Of a stretch of 64,000 nt of DNA, positions 10,925-22,977 are shown one piece after another (within the stretch, counting starts at the first letter, position 1; each line of letters opens with the position of its first letter). Source of the stretch: an uncultured Hormoscilla sp. (lineage in GTDB: Bacteria; Cyanobacteriota; Cyanobacteriia; Cyanobacteriales; Desertifilaceae). The stretch covers positions 2,880,001 to 2,944,000 of the forward strand of contig OZ001293.3 of assembly GCA_963921275.4 (NCBI GenBank), in the 5' to 3' direction. Both the position numbers and the translations under genes were made by a program. The notes below the pieces were generated by a model. It did not search any database. It saw only the letters and a list, made by a program, of their open reading frames with translations, and had not been told where the DNA came from.

Positions 10925-12134
10925 ATGCTGCCTGATATCAACAACCTGAGATTCCCCTATGAAAGGAAGCTATTCATGGAAGTGCAGATGAACCCTGACA
11001 TTTCCAGGGTGCTAGAGGAAGTCTCAGGTGACTTGAATTACACAAAACTCTATCTGTTAGGAACAGCTGTAAAAATTACTGAGACATTGATTCCGGAACT
11101 TTACCAACTCTACCAAACCTGTTTAGAACGGGTGGGAAAAGGATTGGAAGGTCATCTTTACGTCTAACAGTCAAGTGATTATAACGCCTTGGTATATGCT
11201 GTGGGTTCTCGGTTCGATATCGTCCTGTGTTCGGCCATTGTTAAGGATTTTCAGCCCCAATAAATTGCCTTTGCGAGCGGGCACGAATTGGGTCACGTTC
11301 TGTTCGAACATAACCAGATTCCGGTAAAGCAAATTTTAGCAGCAGAGGAACATCTGTCTTACCAAGTTGCCAGTCTGCTATTTCAGTGGTCCCGGGCGGC
11401 GGAAATCTCAGCCGATCGGATCGGGTTGTTATGTAGTGGCAGTCTCGCGAGTGCGGCAAATGCCTTCTTCAAAACATCCAGCGGTTTATGTTTAGATAGA
11501 GAAGAGGAAATTATCCGTTCTCTGCGCAGTCAGTATGATGAACTTGCCCCCTTATCAACCGCGATGATCAGATGAAACTTTCTGCACCCATCCTCTAATT
11601 CCCATCAGGTTTAAGAGTTTAGAAATGATTTGTCTAGACATTATGGCCTGGCGAAACCAAAACTCGAAGTTCAAGATTTCCTGGGCTCAAATAGATGCCG
11701 AAATTGAGGAAGTATTGCTCAAAACTGAACCCCTGGGAAAGAGAAATTTACAGATTTCTCAAGCTGCTGTGGCCCTCATGATGTTAAGCTTGCTTTATAT
11801 AGCAGTCAACGATGGAGAACTAAATAAACATGAAGAGGATTTTATCGGCGAGATCCAGCAACGAGTTGCCCCTGAGTTAAATATCCAAGAAGTGCTGGCT
11901 CTATGCAAGGGCGATCGGTGCAAGTTTAGCCAACAAGTTGTCGGCGATCTGAGCAACAATCGGGTGTCCAGACAAGAAGCAGAGAAAATCTTGCAGCTGG
12001 GTTACGCGATCCCGATCTGTGATCGTCCCCTCAGTCCTGCCGAAACTCAGGCAATGGAGGCGATCTGCGAGTCCTTAGGTTGTGAAGTTGTGTTGGTCCA
12101 TGCCGTGATTAGCCAACATCAGGCGATCGCCTAA
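10925..12134 (+). pseudogene. M48 metallopeptidase + TerB-like domain, disrupted
   Basis: GHELGH, EISADRIG, THP-like motif; in-frame TAA at 11165 and near 11260; frameshift near 11570; C-terminal VNDGEL..HE TerB-like. Confidence 0.8.
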
Positions 12135-12161
12135 TCTGACGCTATAATGGAAGTGTTATAG

Positions 12162-12250
12162 TAGGGTGGGCACCGCCCACCAGAGAGGACCGGGCATCGC
12201 CCACCAGAGAGGACCGGGCACCGCCCACCAGAGAGGGTCGGGCCCACCAG
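12162..12250 (+). repeat. 24-bp tandem repeat derived from the REP-like palindrome (about 3.5 units)
   Basis: GGGCAC/TCGCCCACCAGAGAGGACC units. Confidence 0.8.
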
Positions 12251-12263
12251 GAGGGAGAAAAAA

Positions 12264-13400
12264 ATGGCAGAACTGAAAGCAAAAGTAACTTTGAAGCAAA
12301 AGGGCGAAGCAGCTTACATCTCAGTCAAGCAACTGCTAGTTACCCTGAAATGGACAGCAGCAGTTGATTTAGATTTGATGGCCTTTTACAAAGCCAAAGA
12401 CGGTCGAGTTGGTGCAGTATTTTCCGAAAACTATGCCGGAGGTTCCCTGGGTAGCCTCAACTCATTTCCTTTTATCCAGCTGAGTGGGGATGCAGGGGTG
12501 GGAGCTGTGGGGGGAAATAATGAAGAAACTCTGCGCATCACCAAATTGGATGACTTGGAGCAGTTGTATATATGCACGCTCAATTTTACTGATGCCGTAT
12601 ATAACCGGGATGTATACTTTGGCAATTATGACGCTTATGTCGTGGTTGTGGATGAAAAGAGCGAATCAATAGGGGTTTTTCTCGATTCTCAAGAGCCTGG
12701 TGTAGTGGCAGTTATTGCTAAGATTGATAATACTGACTTCATGGGACCAAAGCTAGTGAATGAAAACTGCGTCATGTCCCTGGCCACGTTTAAGGCAACT
12801 ATTCCTGGGGCAAATCTGTTGCAGCTGACTTCTAAAATTGTCTTAAAGCAAAAAGGCGATCGGGCCCCCATACCAGTGAAAAATCTGCGCGTGACCATGA
12901 AATGGAAGGCGGCAGTTGATTTGGATTTACATGCCTACTTTCAGACCAAACTTACTGCCCCTGCCGGCGGTAATTTATTCTCTAAATTCCTGGGTGGCGG
13001 CAGTGGCAAGCCCGGAGATGAAGGTCACGTCTATTACGCCAACCGGGGCAGTAAAAAATCTTTTCCCTGGATCTATCTGGATCGAGATGCGGGTATTGGC
13101 GATCGGGGTGGCGATAATGAAGAAAATCTTTATTTCACGGATCTGCAATATTTGGAGCATATCCTGATCGTGGCGAACATCTATAATAAACCGAAAGCCA
13201 ACTTTGCCAGTTATGATGGCAAAGTCATAGTCAAGGCAAACAGTCGCAGTTTCGAGGTGCCCCTGACAGCGACAACAGGTGGCAACAACTGCATCATTGC
13301 TCATGTTGATAATTCCGGTCCTGCTGGTCCGGTTTTGGTGAACGCAAATAAAGTGCTCGGACATGCGCCCACAGTAGCGGAGTTTCTCTATCTTCCATAG
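12264..13400 (+). CDS. Tandem double TerD-like domain protein
   Basis: Two KW.AAVDLDL...DAG.G..GG.NEE domains. Confidence 0.8.
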   Translation: MAELKAKVTLKQKGEAAYISVKQLLVTLKWTAAVDLDLMAFYKAKDGRVGAVFSENYAGGSLGSLNSFPFIQLSGDAGVGAVGGNNEETLRITKLDDLEQLYICTLNFTDAVYNRDVYFGNYDAYVVVVDEKSESIGVFLDSQEPGVVAVIAKIDNTDFMGPKLVNENCVMSLATFKATIPGANLLQLTSKIVLKQKGDRAPIPVKNLRVTMKWKAAVDLDLHAYFQTKLTAPAGGNLFSKFLGGGSGKPGDEGHVYYANRGSKKSFPWIYLDRDAGIGDRGGDNEENLYFTDLQYLEHILIVANIYNKPKANFASYDGKVIVKANSRSFEVPLTATTGGNNCIIAHVDNSGPAGPVLVNANKVLGHAPTVAEFLYLP

Positions 13401-13403
13401 TTG

Positions 13404-13486
13404 GTCAGTTGTCAGTTGTGGGTTGCCAGTTGTGGGTTGTCAGTTGTCCACTAACCACTAACTACTAACCACTAACTACTAACTAC
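13404..13486. repeat. Heptamer repeats in inverted arrangement (GTCAGTT.. / ..CTAACCA)
   Basis: Direct reading; could form a terminator-like hairpin. Confidence 0.7.
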
Positions 13487-13539
13487 AAGCAACCCATCAC
13501 ATATAATCAGATAGTAGCGACAAATAAGAAGAGCAGAAG

Positions 13540-14148
13540 ATGACAGAAATTACAGACAAAGTAACTGAGAATCAAAACAAGGAATAAATAGATATCTTGG
13601 CAAAGTATCTGATGGCAACCCTGAAGTGGACGGCAGCAGTAGACTTGGATTTGATGGCGTTTTATCAAGCCAAAAACGATCGCGCTGGCGGGATATTTTC
13701 AGATAATTATGCCGAGGTGGTGACCGGTAGCCTGAATGAGTTCCCTTTCATCGAACTGAGTGGGGATGCTGGCGTGGATGCCACAAGCGGAGAACATGAG
13801 GAAGTCCTGCATATTACTAAACTGGATGAATTGGCAGAACTGTATATTTGCGCTGTCAATTTCACTGATGCCGTGCAGAACCGCAATCAGTCCTTTAGCA
13901 ATTATGATGCTCAGGTGGCAGTTGTCGATAACAAGGGGAAATTAGCGGAAGTGCCTCTGGACTCTCAAGAACCTGGTGTAGTGGCAGTCATCCCTAAGAT
14001 TGATAACACAAATGCCACAGGAGTTAAGCTAGTGAATGAAAACCGCGTCATGGATGTGGCGACCTTCCCAAAAAAGCAGCAACAGTCAGTCGGAGAACAA
14101 AACAAAAGTATCGACATCTTGACCCAGCATCAGAAGTTCAAGCCCTAA
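13540..14148 (+). pseudogene. TerD-like gene with in-frame TAA at 13585 and divergent C-terminus
   Basis: ATG ACA GAA ATT.. in the same frame as ORF 13597. Confidence 0.75.
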
Positions 14149-14249
14149 GCAATTCAAAATTCTTTCTTCAAAATTATAAATTGGGAAACCCTTTGAGAAC
14201 AAAAGTCCCAGCTTTTATCTGTCTGCAATTTAAATGCGCGACAGCTTAG

Positions 14250-14830
14250 CAGCAGAAATAGACCTGGATTTCCTCAGACTTGCCCAAAATCCTCGAATCG
14301 ATGAAAATGGGAGCAGAACGCAAATGAAAGCGTTGATATCCATGAACGCATCGACAGCACCCTGGTAATCTGGCAACATAGGTTGCAGATAGAATCGGAT
14401 GTTCGGGGATTAAGGGCACTCTGGGAGCGTCTAATTAAAAGGATCGCCTGAAACCCTCACCCAGTAAGAGATATAGCCCTTTGATACCTAAAGGAACCGA
14501 AACACCTGTAAGGGTTTCAGCAGTTTGATTAATCAAACTGAACCAGTGCCGGATTAAGCTAGTTAAGGAATATGGGAAATTGCCCCTATTCGAGTGCTAT
14601 GCAGCTGGGCTGAATCAGGTGTTTATGAATATCCTCAGTAATGCGATCGACGCTTGAGAGGAAAACTCAGGGGATAACCCGAAAATTCTGATTCATACAG
14701 AACAGGTTGATGACTTCGTTGTGATTCACGTTGCTGATAATGGTCCGAGAATACCAGAAAAAGTGCGCTCGTAGATATTTAACCCCTTCTTTACCACCAA
14801 GCCTGTAGGCAAGGGAACGGGTTTCGGAAA
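14250..14830 (+). pseudogene. Histidine kinase C-terminal remnant
   Basis: Fragments [33 protein letters not shown] with stops and frameshifts. Confidence 0.8.
14415..14550. mobile_element. 136-bp MITE inside the kinase remnant
   Basis: Ends GGCACT...AGTGCC; 8-bp target duplication GGATTAAG (14407-14414, 14551-14558). Confidence 0.8.
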
Positions 14831-14878
14831 TCAATACCTCAAGGTTTTGCCAAGACTTATAGCAGTCAAGGGGCTGAA

Positions 14879-17444
14879 ATGCTTGAAATACCGTTTTTAC
14901 AGCCGTGTCTCCTGGTCGGGAGATGTCCCCCGATCGCTCGATGTCTGGCGGAGATGGCAGAACGCGATAAGGCAAGTCAACGACAGAAAACTCTAGCCGC
15001 GATTGGGGAGAAAATTCGCCAGTCCCTGGACCTGGACGCTATTTTCCAGACAGCCACTCGAGAAGTAAGGCAACTGCTGCAAGCCGATCGGGTGGCAATT
15101 TATCGCTTTAATCCCGACTGGAGTGGGGAGTTCATTGAGGAGTCAATAGCTTCTGGCTGGACGCCGCTAGTGGGAGTCCAGCCCGTAATTGAAGATACCT
15201 TCTTGCAAGAAACCCAAGGAGGCAGGTATGCCAACCATGAAACCTTTGCCGTTGACGATATCTACCAGGTAGGACATACGGACTGTCACATTCAGCTATT
15301 GGAGCAACTTGAAGCTAAAGCCTACGCGATCGCGCCCATCTTCCTGGGAGAAACACTCTGGGGCTTACTGGCAGCTTATCAAAACTCCGGTCCCCGTCAT
15401 TGGCAAGCCGATGAGGTGGACTTGCTGGCTCATATTGGCACGCAACTGGGGGTTGCCATCCAGCAAGCAGAGTATCTCAAGCAAGTTGAGGCCCAAGCCG
15501 CCGCACTGGCTAAAGCCGCCGAACGTCAGCGGGCCTTGGCGATTACAGTGGATAAAATTCGCCAGTCCCTCGATATCGATACGATCTTTGAGACAACCAC
15601 TCAAGAAGTACGGCGACTGCTGGAAGTGGAACGAGTGGCGATCTATCGCTTCTACTCGGATGGGAGTGGCGAGTTCGTAGCAGATTCTATTGTCGATGAT
15701 TGGACTCCCTTGGTCAAGAAACAGTCCGCGATCGACCAGACTTTACTCAAAGAAGCCAAGGGAGGGAAATATCCGCGCCATGAAACTTTTGTGCCGATTT
15801 TACAGGGGACTCAACTCTGGGGCTTGCTAGTAGCATATCAAAATTCCCAGCCCCGTTATTGGGAAGATGAGGAGATTAACTTGCTGGCCCAGGTGGGAGT
15901 ACAATTGGGAGTGGCACTCCAACAAGCGGAGTTACTCGACCAGACTCGACAGCAAGCTCAAGAACTCGTCCATGCACTCTCAGATTTGCAGCAAACCCAA
16001 GCCCAGATGATTCAGAATGAAAAAATGGCTTCTTTGGGGCAGTTGGTTGCAGGTGTCGCCATGAAATTAATAACCCGGTCAGCTTTATCTACGGCAACCT
16101 CATCCATGTAAGCGAGTACACTCAAGATTTACTCTCTTTCGTGCAACTATGCCAGAAACATTATCCTGACCCAGCAGCAGAAATTATTGAACGTGCTGAA
16201 GCGATCGACCTTGACTTTATGATTGAAGACTTGCCCAAAACTATCACCTCGATGAAAACTTATACAACTTATTGCAATTGCTGTTGGATAAAAATCATAA
16301 AGAAAAGGTGGAAGAACACAAAATACGTCGTGGGGGCGAAACCTAAATTATTAGTAGAAGAGCAAATAATTTTAAATTTGATGTGTCAAGGATTAACATT
16401 CCAAGTATTAGGTATACTTTTTGGGTGAAAGCTAATGATATTTTTAATTATTGGCAAGATATTTTCCGCTCCGCTTTGCCGTTTACTTGAACAAAAAAAT
16501 GGAGAAGATGAAGAATATTTATCCAAACACAGAATATGAGTTGATAGTCGATGAGCAAGCCATACCAAGACCTAAAGACTATGAAGAGCAGAAAAAGTTT
16601 TACTCAGGTAAGAAGAAATACTTTGAAAAATCAATTAATTGTTTTACCTGGTAGCGTGCAGATCTTGTCGATGTTGTATCTGGAGAAAGAGGCCTAGCAA
16701 GCGATATAAATCTTGCGAGCGTCGTTTTCGATCCAGATCAAATTTTTGCAGAAGATAAAGCCTATATTGGAGAACCTCAAATAAAAACAACCGAAAAAAC
16801 AGGAATTAACAGCTAAACAAAAAGAATAAAATAGAGATTTTTATTCCCGTTTTCGTTGAACACGTCATTGGTAAAATTTTTCCGGGTTGCCAGCGAGCGA
16901 TTTCGGTTAATATTGATAAATATGAATCGGTAATTTCGACAAAAGTTGGGTTGGTTAGATTGCGCGAATTTTAGAAGTATTAGAATCTGTTGATAGCTCT
17001 GAAAAACTTGAGATTAACCAGTACCACCTTTGGAGTTCTTTATTAACAGGAAATCTATCAAACCCAGATTCTGCCGTTTGAGTAACATATGTGAGCATGG
17101 GAGGTAGAGCTTAAAACCCAGAGCTGACAAGGGTTTTATTTTTGGAGATGTCTAATAACCCGAAAATTATGATTCGCACCGAAGTTACGACCGATACTGT
17201 GGGCCAGTCCCTACGCCAACGAGCGATAATTCGCATTGCTGACAATGGTCCGGGTATGCCCAAAGAAGTGCGATCGCGCATTTTCGACCCCTTTTTCACC
17301 ACTAAGCCTGTCGGTAAGGGAACGGGTTTAGGGCTTTCCATCAGCTACAAAATTGTGGTCGAAAAGCATAGGGGCAAGCTTAAGTGTACTTCCCAACCCG
17401 GTGATGGGACTGTGTTCTCGATCGAGATTCCCATCAAACAATGA
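14879..17444 (+). pseudogene. Cyanobacteriochrome GAF-GAF histidine kinase, 5'-truncated, frameshifted and split by an IS
   Basis: EDTFLQETQGGRY..DCH bilin-binding GAF; EKMASLGQLVAGVA H-box then frameshift near 16060; HATPase end at 17155-17444. Confidence 0.85.
16255..17155 (+). mobile_element. Decayed DDE transposase element (IS5/ISL2-like), left end missing
   Basis: YEEQKKFYSGKKK; right end TTTTGGAGATGTCTA; homologous to 39048..40041. Confidence 0.8.
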
Positions 17445-18326
17445 AAATATTTAGCAATTATCAATTAGTTATGAAAGTTATTCTCGTTTGGCCCTCTCCC
17501 TCTCTGGACCTAGGCCCAGTGAATCACTTTACCTAAGATCCGTCTACAGCGACCAAGTTCTAGTGACCAGGGAGACCCTGGTCACTAGGTTGAGGCTCTT
17601 CCGATGTCTCCTGGGAGACACGGCACTGCGACGGGAATAGTTTTCAGCCCCAACATGAGTCTCTTTATTTGGTTCTCGGCGATGCTGGGCAATAACAAGA
17701 GCTTCGATCGCTCTAGCACACCGTTCAGAAGGGGGATGGGAACAGAAGAAGGCATCAATTAAATCAGAGACTCGATAATGTGAAACTTATAGGCGATCGC
17801 CGGACGTTTCACCTGACGGGCCAGCTGGCTACCAACCTTATTGAGATCAGCAACATCTCGCCGATTTCGATTTAGTTTGCCAGCCATTTGGCCAGCGAGT
17901 TGCTGATAGAAGATATCGCCTATTTTCATTTCCTATTCTGGCGTAATTGTCACCCGATCTAGAAGGTATCCTATTGCGTGGGAATTGCCTGTTGACTAAG
18001 GGGTATCGCCTCGGATTTAGATCGAGTAACAAGTCAAAATTCTTTGATCAAGTAAAATCTCGCTTTCCTCTTTTCAAAATTGACCATTGACCATTGACAA
18101 CTGACAATTGAACCCCTCTCTAGTAGCATAAAATGCATCCAGGCGATCGCCGTGTGGCGTTAGCCATGCAAGTCTCAGTCAAAAGTAAGGAAAATACTGA
18201 CTTTAGCCGTTACCAATGGTTTCAACTCCTGGCCGTGATAAAGTCTGGTCATACCTGGGACAGGTATTCTGCCAAAGATTAAGATATATGTCAATTTGTA
18301 AAGAATGTAAACTGTATGAACTAAAG

Positions 18327-19526
18327 ATGAGAATACTCGTACTTGCCTGGGAATTCCCACCTCGGATTATCGGCGGCATCGCCCGCCATGTGGCAGAATT
18401 ATATCCTGAAATAGTCAAACAAAGACATGTAATTCATTTACTGACAGTAGAGTTTGACTCAGCACCGCTCTATGAGATAGTAGAGGGGATAAAAGTACAT
18501 CGAGTAGCGGTCGGTGAAGGTCACGACTTCTTTCATTGGGTAGTAAAAATGAATGAAAGTATGGGTACAGAAGGGGGCAAGCTGATATTGGCAGAAGGGC
18601 CTTTCGACCTGATCCATGCTCATGACTGGGTAGTCGGGGATGCGGCGATCGCCCTGAAGCACCACTTCCAAGTGCCCCTCGTCGCCACCATCCATGCCAC
18701 GGAGTATGGGCGCTACAACGGTCTGCACAACCACACTCATTACTACATCAACGGCAAAGAAAAGCACCTAGCTCGCGAAGCGCGGCGGATAATTGTCTGT
18801 AGCAAATATATGCAAGGGGAAGTAGAAGAGACCCTAGAGAGTCCTGCGGACAAAATAGATGTAATTTACAACGGCATCCGACCAGAAAAGAAACGACCCA
18901 TCCCCCCTAATGAGGCATGGGAGTTCCGCCGCAAGTTTGCCAGGGATGAAGAAAAAATAGTCTATTATCTGGGTCGCATGAGCTATGAAAAAGGCGTGGA
19001 CCTGTTGTTGGGTGCAGCACCCAAGCTATTGCGGGAGATGGGAGGCCAGGTCAAATTTGTGATTATCGGCGGCGGTAGGACCGACCATCTCCAGCGCCTG
19101 GCCTGGGATTTAGGGATTTGGCATCAGTGCTGCTTTACTGGTTTCATGTCCGAAGCAGACTTGGATAAATTCCAAACCATTGCTGACTGTGCAGTTTTCC
19201 CCAGTCTATACGAACCCTTTGGCATTGTTGCCCTAGAAAGCTTTGCCGCGCGAGTGCCCGTGGTGGTTTCGGATGCGGGTGGACTCAAGGAAGTGGTCCA
19301 TCATGGCGAGACGGGAATTGTCACTTGGAGAAATAACATTGATTCCTTGGCCTCGGGGATTCTGGAGGTATTGTATAATCCCGATTACGCTCGGTTTTTG
19401 GTTGAGAATGCCTATCAGGATTTACAACGCCGGTTCTCCTGGTCCCAGTTGGCCCGGCAGACTGAGGTGGTTTACCAGCAGGTATTCTCCCCTCGGGAGC
19501 AGTCAGTGGTCGGCGGTGAGTTGTAA
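18327..19526 (+). CDS. Glycosyltransferase family 4
   Basis: WEFPP..GGIARHV, HAHDW, PSLYEPFGIVALE. Confidence 0.92.
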   Translation: MRILVLAWEFPPRIIGGIARHVAELYPEIVKQRHVIHLLTVEFDSAPLYEIVEGIKVHRVAVGEGHDFFHWVVKMNESMGTEGGKLILAEGPFDLIHAHDWVVGDAAIALKHHFQVPLVATIHATEYGRYNGLHNHTHYYINGKEKHLAREARRIIVCSKYMQGEVEETLESPADKIDVIYNGIRPEKKRPIPPNEAWEFRRKFARDEEKIVYYLGRMSYEKGVDLLLGAAPKLLREMGGQVKFVIIGGGRTDHLQRLAWDLGIWHQCCFTGFMSEADLDKFQTIADCAVFPSLYEPFGIVALESFAARVPVVVSDAGGLKEVVHHGETGIVTWRNNIDSLASGILEVLYNPDYARFLVENAYQDLQRRFSWSQLARQTEVVYQQVFSPREQSVVGGEL

Positions 19527-20361
19527 GTCGATTCTGTCACTGGAGATGCCATTTATATTTGCTGGCGTGACGACTGAACTTTCGGCCCCGAGCGTGCCGT
19601 CTGGTACGATCTGTCCAGTGGCCTCTGAAGGCAAAGATAACTCCAGACTGCCACAGAGGGGGGCATAGGTGAAAGGATTCGTTAGTTTTCGATCTTTGAT
19701 TTTTTCAGAGCGCGATCTTATGTTTTACTTTTTGGTGGGCGGTGCTCTATATTGAATGTCACTGATTTAAGGTTGGTGGGCGGTGCCCACCCTACACGTA
19801 CAACCGGAATTCCCCGGGCTATGCCGACCGCAACCGCGAATACTGGTAATATGCTATCTTTTGCCCAGAAACCTGGTTTTGCCAAAAAACCAGGTTTCTT
19901 CATTTTTGCATCTCAAGCTCTCTTCTAGCGCCTTTATGCTGGTGGGTACGTATGGTGAGACCTGCCCGGAGGCGTGAGCCAAGGTTATGTAGGGGCACGG
20001 CCGATTCCAGATTTCGGTTTATCTGAGATCTTGCACTATTGTCAACAAACCCGAAGGCCCGTTGTGGGTTCAAACCCACGGCTAACAGCTAAAGTCGGTT
20101 GAAAACCGATCTTATTGCCTTATAGAGAAAGCGTTTTACTCTCGTTCCCACCGCGAAGCCTCTTAACGAGCTATCGAGGCTCCGCCTTGCACCATTCTCG
20201 ATAAGCCTCATGGCCCGCCTTCGGGGTCTCGTGGTCGCTCGATGTTCCCCGGGAGTTCGATGTCTCGCGAAGGCTGCTCGATGCATCCTGATAGCGAAGG
20301 CGGGCCGTGAGACTCTTCACAGGGAACGATGAACGGTTGCCAACGGGCGCAAGACCACACC

Positions 20362-20464
20362 GGTTTAAAACCCCAACCGAGAGGTTTAAAACCCCAACCG
20401 AGAGGTTTAAAACCCCAACCGAGAGGTTTAAAACCCCAACCGAGAGGTTTAAAACCCCAACCGA
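20362..20464 (+). repeat. 21-bp perfect tandem repeat x5 (GGTTTAAAACCCCAACCGAGA)
   Basis: Direct reading; no spacers. Confidence 0.95.
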
Positions 20465-20668
20465 AATGAGTTATGTAACTGAGATGGGGTTGAAATTATT
20501 ATCGGGCGGTGAGATTGCGCTTTGGCTGCGCAGCCGCTGCGCTAACGGGGGATACTTACGGGGAGCATTAAAATGCTGGTTGGGATCGCCCCTCGCAATG
20601 ACAAATTATAGTTTTTGAGTACCCACTCCCAAATTTTTGCACAAATGTAGAGGACGCACTATTGAGGC

Positions 20669-20893
20669 TCAGCCTCGATAACTCGTTCCCAGGGGTCGCC
20701 AGGGAACGAGGGTATTACGCTGAATGCCTGCGATAGTTTCGAGTTTGTCTATCAGTTGGCCCAGTTTAGCAGGATCTATCTTACTTGGTTCTAAAAATGT
20801 TACTAGAACCTGAGCCCGATCGCTCACATCTTGCGGGAACTCAGCCAGTTCTATTTTACCGTTTTGATAAATGCCTTCGACCGTTTTTAGCAT
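20669..20893 (-). pseudogene. Antitoxin-like small protein with 3' end replaced by a palindromic repeat
   Basis: MLKTVEGIYQNGKIEL; CTCGTTCCCAGG..GGGAACGAG element at 20682-20710. Confidence 0.6.
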
Positions 20894-20897
20894 AATT

Positions 20898-22050
20898 TTA
20901 AATTTCGATTCCTTCCACTTGTCTGATTCTCTTCCAATCAATGGCAGCTACCCATATGTCTTCTTCTTCCGAGTATTCGACAATTCCATCAACTTCTAAC
21001 TCCTCACTGTATAGCCTCAGTGATTGACCAGACTGTAACTCAATATGTTGACAGGCCAACTCCTCCATCGTGCCGATACAGTTGAGACGCAAACCAATGT
21101 CAGCATTGTGAAAATCGGCAAATACTCTGGCATTCTTCCTTCGTTCATCAAACATAATTCCCATAATCAGTCAGCATTTGCCAATTATGGGGTATCGTTC
21201 GGCATTACGCATCGTTATCCTCCGTGTTTTGTAACGCTTCTAACATGGCGTTTGCTGCTGCAAACGCATCCTATGGAGACCATATAGGGTAAGACTGACC
21301 TGGTTGGATGATGTCAGTTTCTTCTCGGGCAAATTCTGAGATTAAAACCTGCATATGTAAATTTTGTCTACAGGTAAGTTCTGCCGATACCATTGCTAAC
21401 AACTCCTCTTTTCTCTCTTAAGTCTAGTTTCTACTCGCCGCTCAATTCGGTCAGATCACCCCTTGTTCGGTAGTCACAGGGCGGGCAGCGCCCTACTACA
21501 GCACCTGAGCAGCCATCATTTCTTTTTTTCATGAACTCCCAACTTCGATCGCTTCTCCGGGAGAAATACTACCTAGGACGTTGCGAACATCAGGTATCAG
21601 TGGAACTAAATCGGGAAGTCGATTGCTGGGTGCTACAATAACAACGACTGCAACTCCTGCTTTTTGCAAGTTTTGCTGATATCGTAAATTCCGATCTGTG
21701 GTCAGTAAAATTGGCAAACTCTCTGCAAGCATAAGTTGCAGTAGCTCGTTGTTTTTCTTTCCTGACCATCCCATCTCCGTAACTGTTCTTACCTCATGTG
21801 AGTTCGCGTTTTAGAAGTCGTGGCACGCATTCATCAAACAGAATTCGCACAGTCAGCATTTCTTTTGCTAATTCCAGAGTGGCGATCGCCTGTTCTCGCG
21901 TGACACATGGTCTAAAAACTCATCCAGTGAATCACCCGCTTCGAGATAATCAAGCAATATTTTCATTGGTACCCGCGTGCCAACAAAAACTGGTGTTCCT
22001 CCCATTATATCTGGGTCGCTATGGACGATAGGTGATGTATGCTTCATAAT
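20898..22050 (-). pseudogene. Decayed, rearranged duplicate of the 22600-23883 cassette (DUF433, DUF5615, small hypotheticals)
   Basis: Long near-identical stretches with small deletions. Confidence 0.8.
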
Positions 22051-22228
22051 AGTCTATCTTATCGGAATGGAAATTGCAATCGTTCGCTATAACAGCCTTT
22101 TCTGGAGCCCAGGCCGAGCAGCCTCTTTTGATCTACATTGTACCGATTTTTGTCCGGAACAAAATGGAGTAGTTTTATAGATGTCCGTTAGCATTGTTTT
22201 GCTCTAAATTTGTTGATTTTGGACTGAC

Positions 22229-22627
22229 TTAGAAGTATAACTGCGATCTATAAAAGCAAACATTAAACTCCATGAAAAAATTCACTTGCCCCAGAATTAG
22301 TGGAACGTCAGTTGCTTGAGTCCAGGCGAAAGCAACTCTAACGGGGTTGAACTGACCTACTGTTGCCTGTACAACTAAGATACGGGCTTCGTACTTAGCT
22401 AAATTACCTGTCAAATTAAGAACTTTCGTCTGATTCTCCCATAAATACCCAAGGGAGATCCCAAGTTGATAGGGAAGTACATTAATTGTTGCTCCTGTAT
22501 CCACCAAACCGGATACTGTTACCGCCTGCTGTTTATGAAAGAGAGAGAGTGGTAGATAGGGACGAAAGCTAGATTCACCCAAAGCAACTTCGGAAGCTGT
22601 AAAGGGGTATCGTTCGGCATTACGCAT
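22229..22627 (-). CDS. Retropepsin-like aspartyl protease family protein
   Basis: GLVDTGAT motif; PLILGQVNFFMEF; C-terminus possibly shortened. Confidence 0.7.
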   Translation of the reverse strand: MRNAERYPFTASEVALGESSFRPYLPLSLFHKQQAVTVSGLVDTGATINVLPYQLGISLGYLWENQTKVLNLTGNLAKYEARILVVQATVGQFNPVRVAFAWTQATDVPLILGQVNFFMEFNVCFYRSQLYF

Positions 22628-22841
22628 CGTTATCCTCCGTGTTTTGTAACGCTTTTAACATGGCGTTTGCTGCTTCAAACGCATCGTATGGAGACCATAT
22701 AGGGTAAGACTGACCTGGTTGGATGATGTCAGTTTCTTCTCGGGCAAATTCTGAGATTAACACCTGCATGATGTAAAGTTTGTCTACACGAGTTAAATTT
22801 TGGATTCTGTTCATAAGTTCTGCCGATACCATTGCTAACAA
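22620..22841 (-). CDS. Small hypothetical protein (protease-partner type)
   Basis: YPIWSPYDAFEAA; overlaps the next gene by 8 nt. Confidence 0.6.
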   Translation of the reverse strand: MLAMVSAELMNRIQNLTRVDKLYIMQVLISEFAREETDIIQPGQSYPIWSPYDAFEAANAMLKALQNTEDNDA

Positions 22842-22977
22842 CTCCTCTTTTTTCTATTCAGTCTAGTTTCTACTCGCTGCTCAATTCGGTCAGCCTCGAT
22901 CGCCCCTTGTTCGGTAGTCACAGGGCGGGCAGCGCCCACCCTACTACAGCACCTGAGCAGCCATCATTTCTTTTTTT

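Noticed and set aside
11165..11167. Stop-codon reassignment
   Set aside because: TAA terminates many intact genes in the window, and this gene also has a frameshift.
20362..20464. Possible CRISPR array
   Set aside because: Contiguous identical 21-mers with no spacers and no cas genes.
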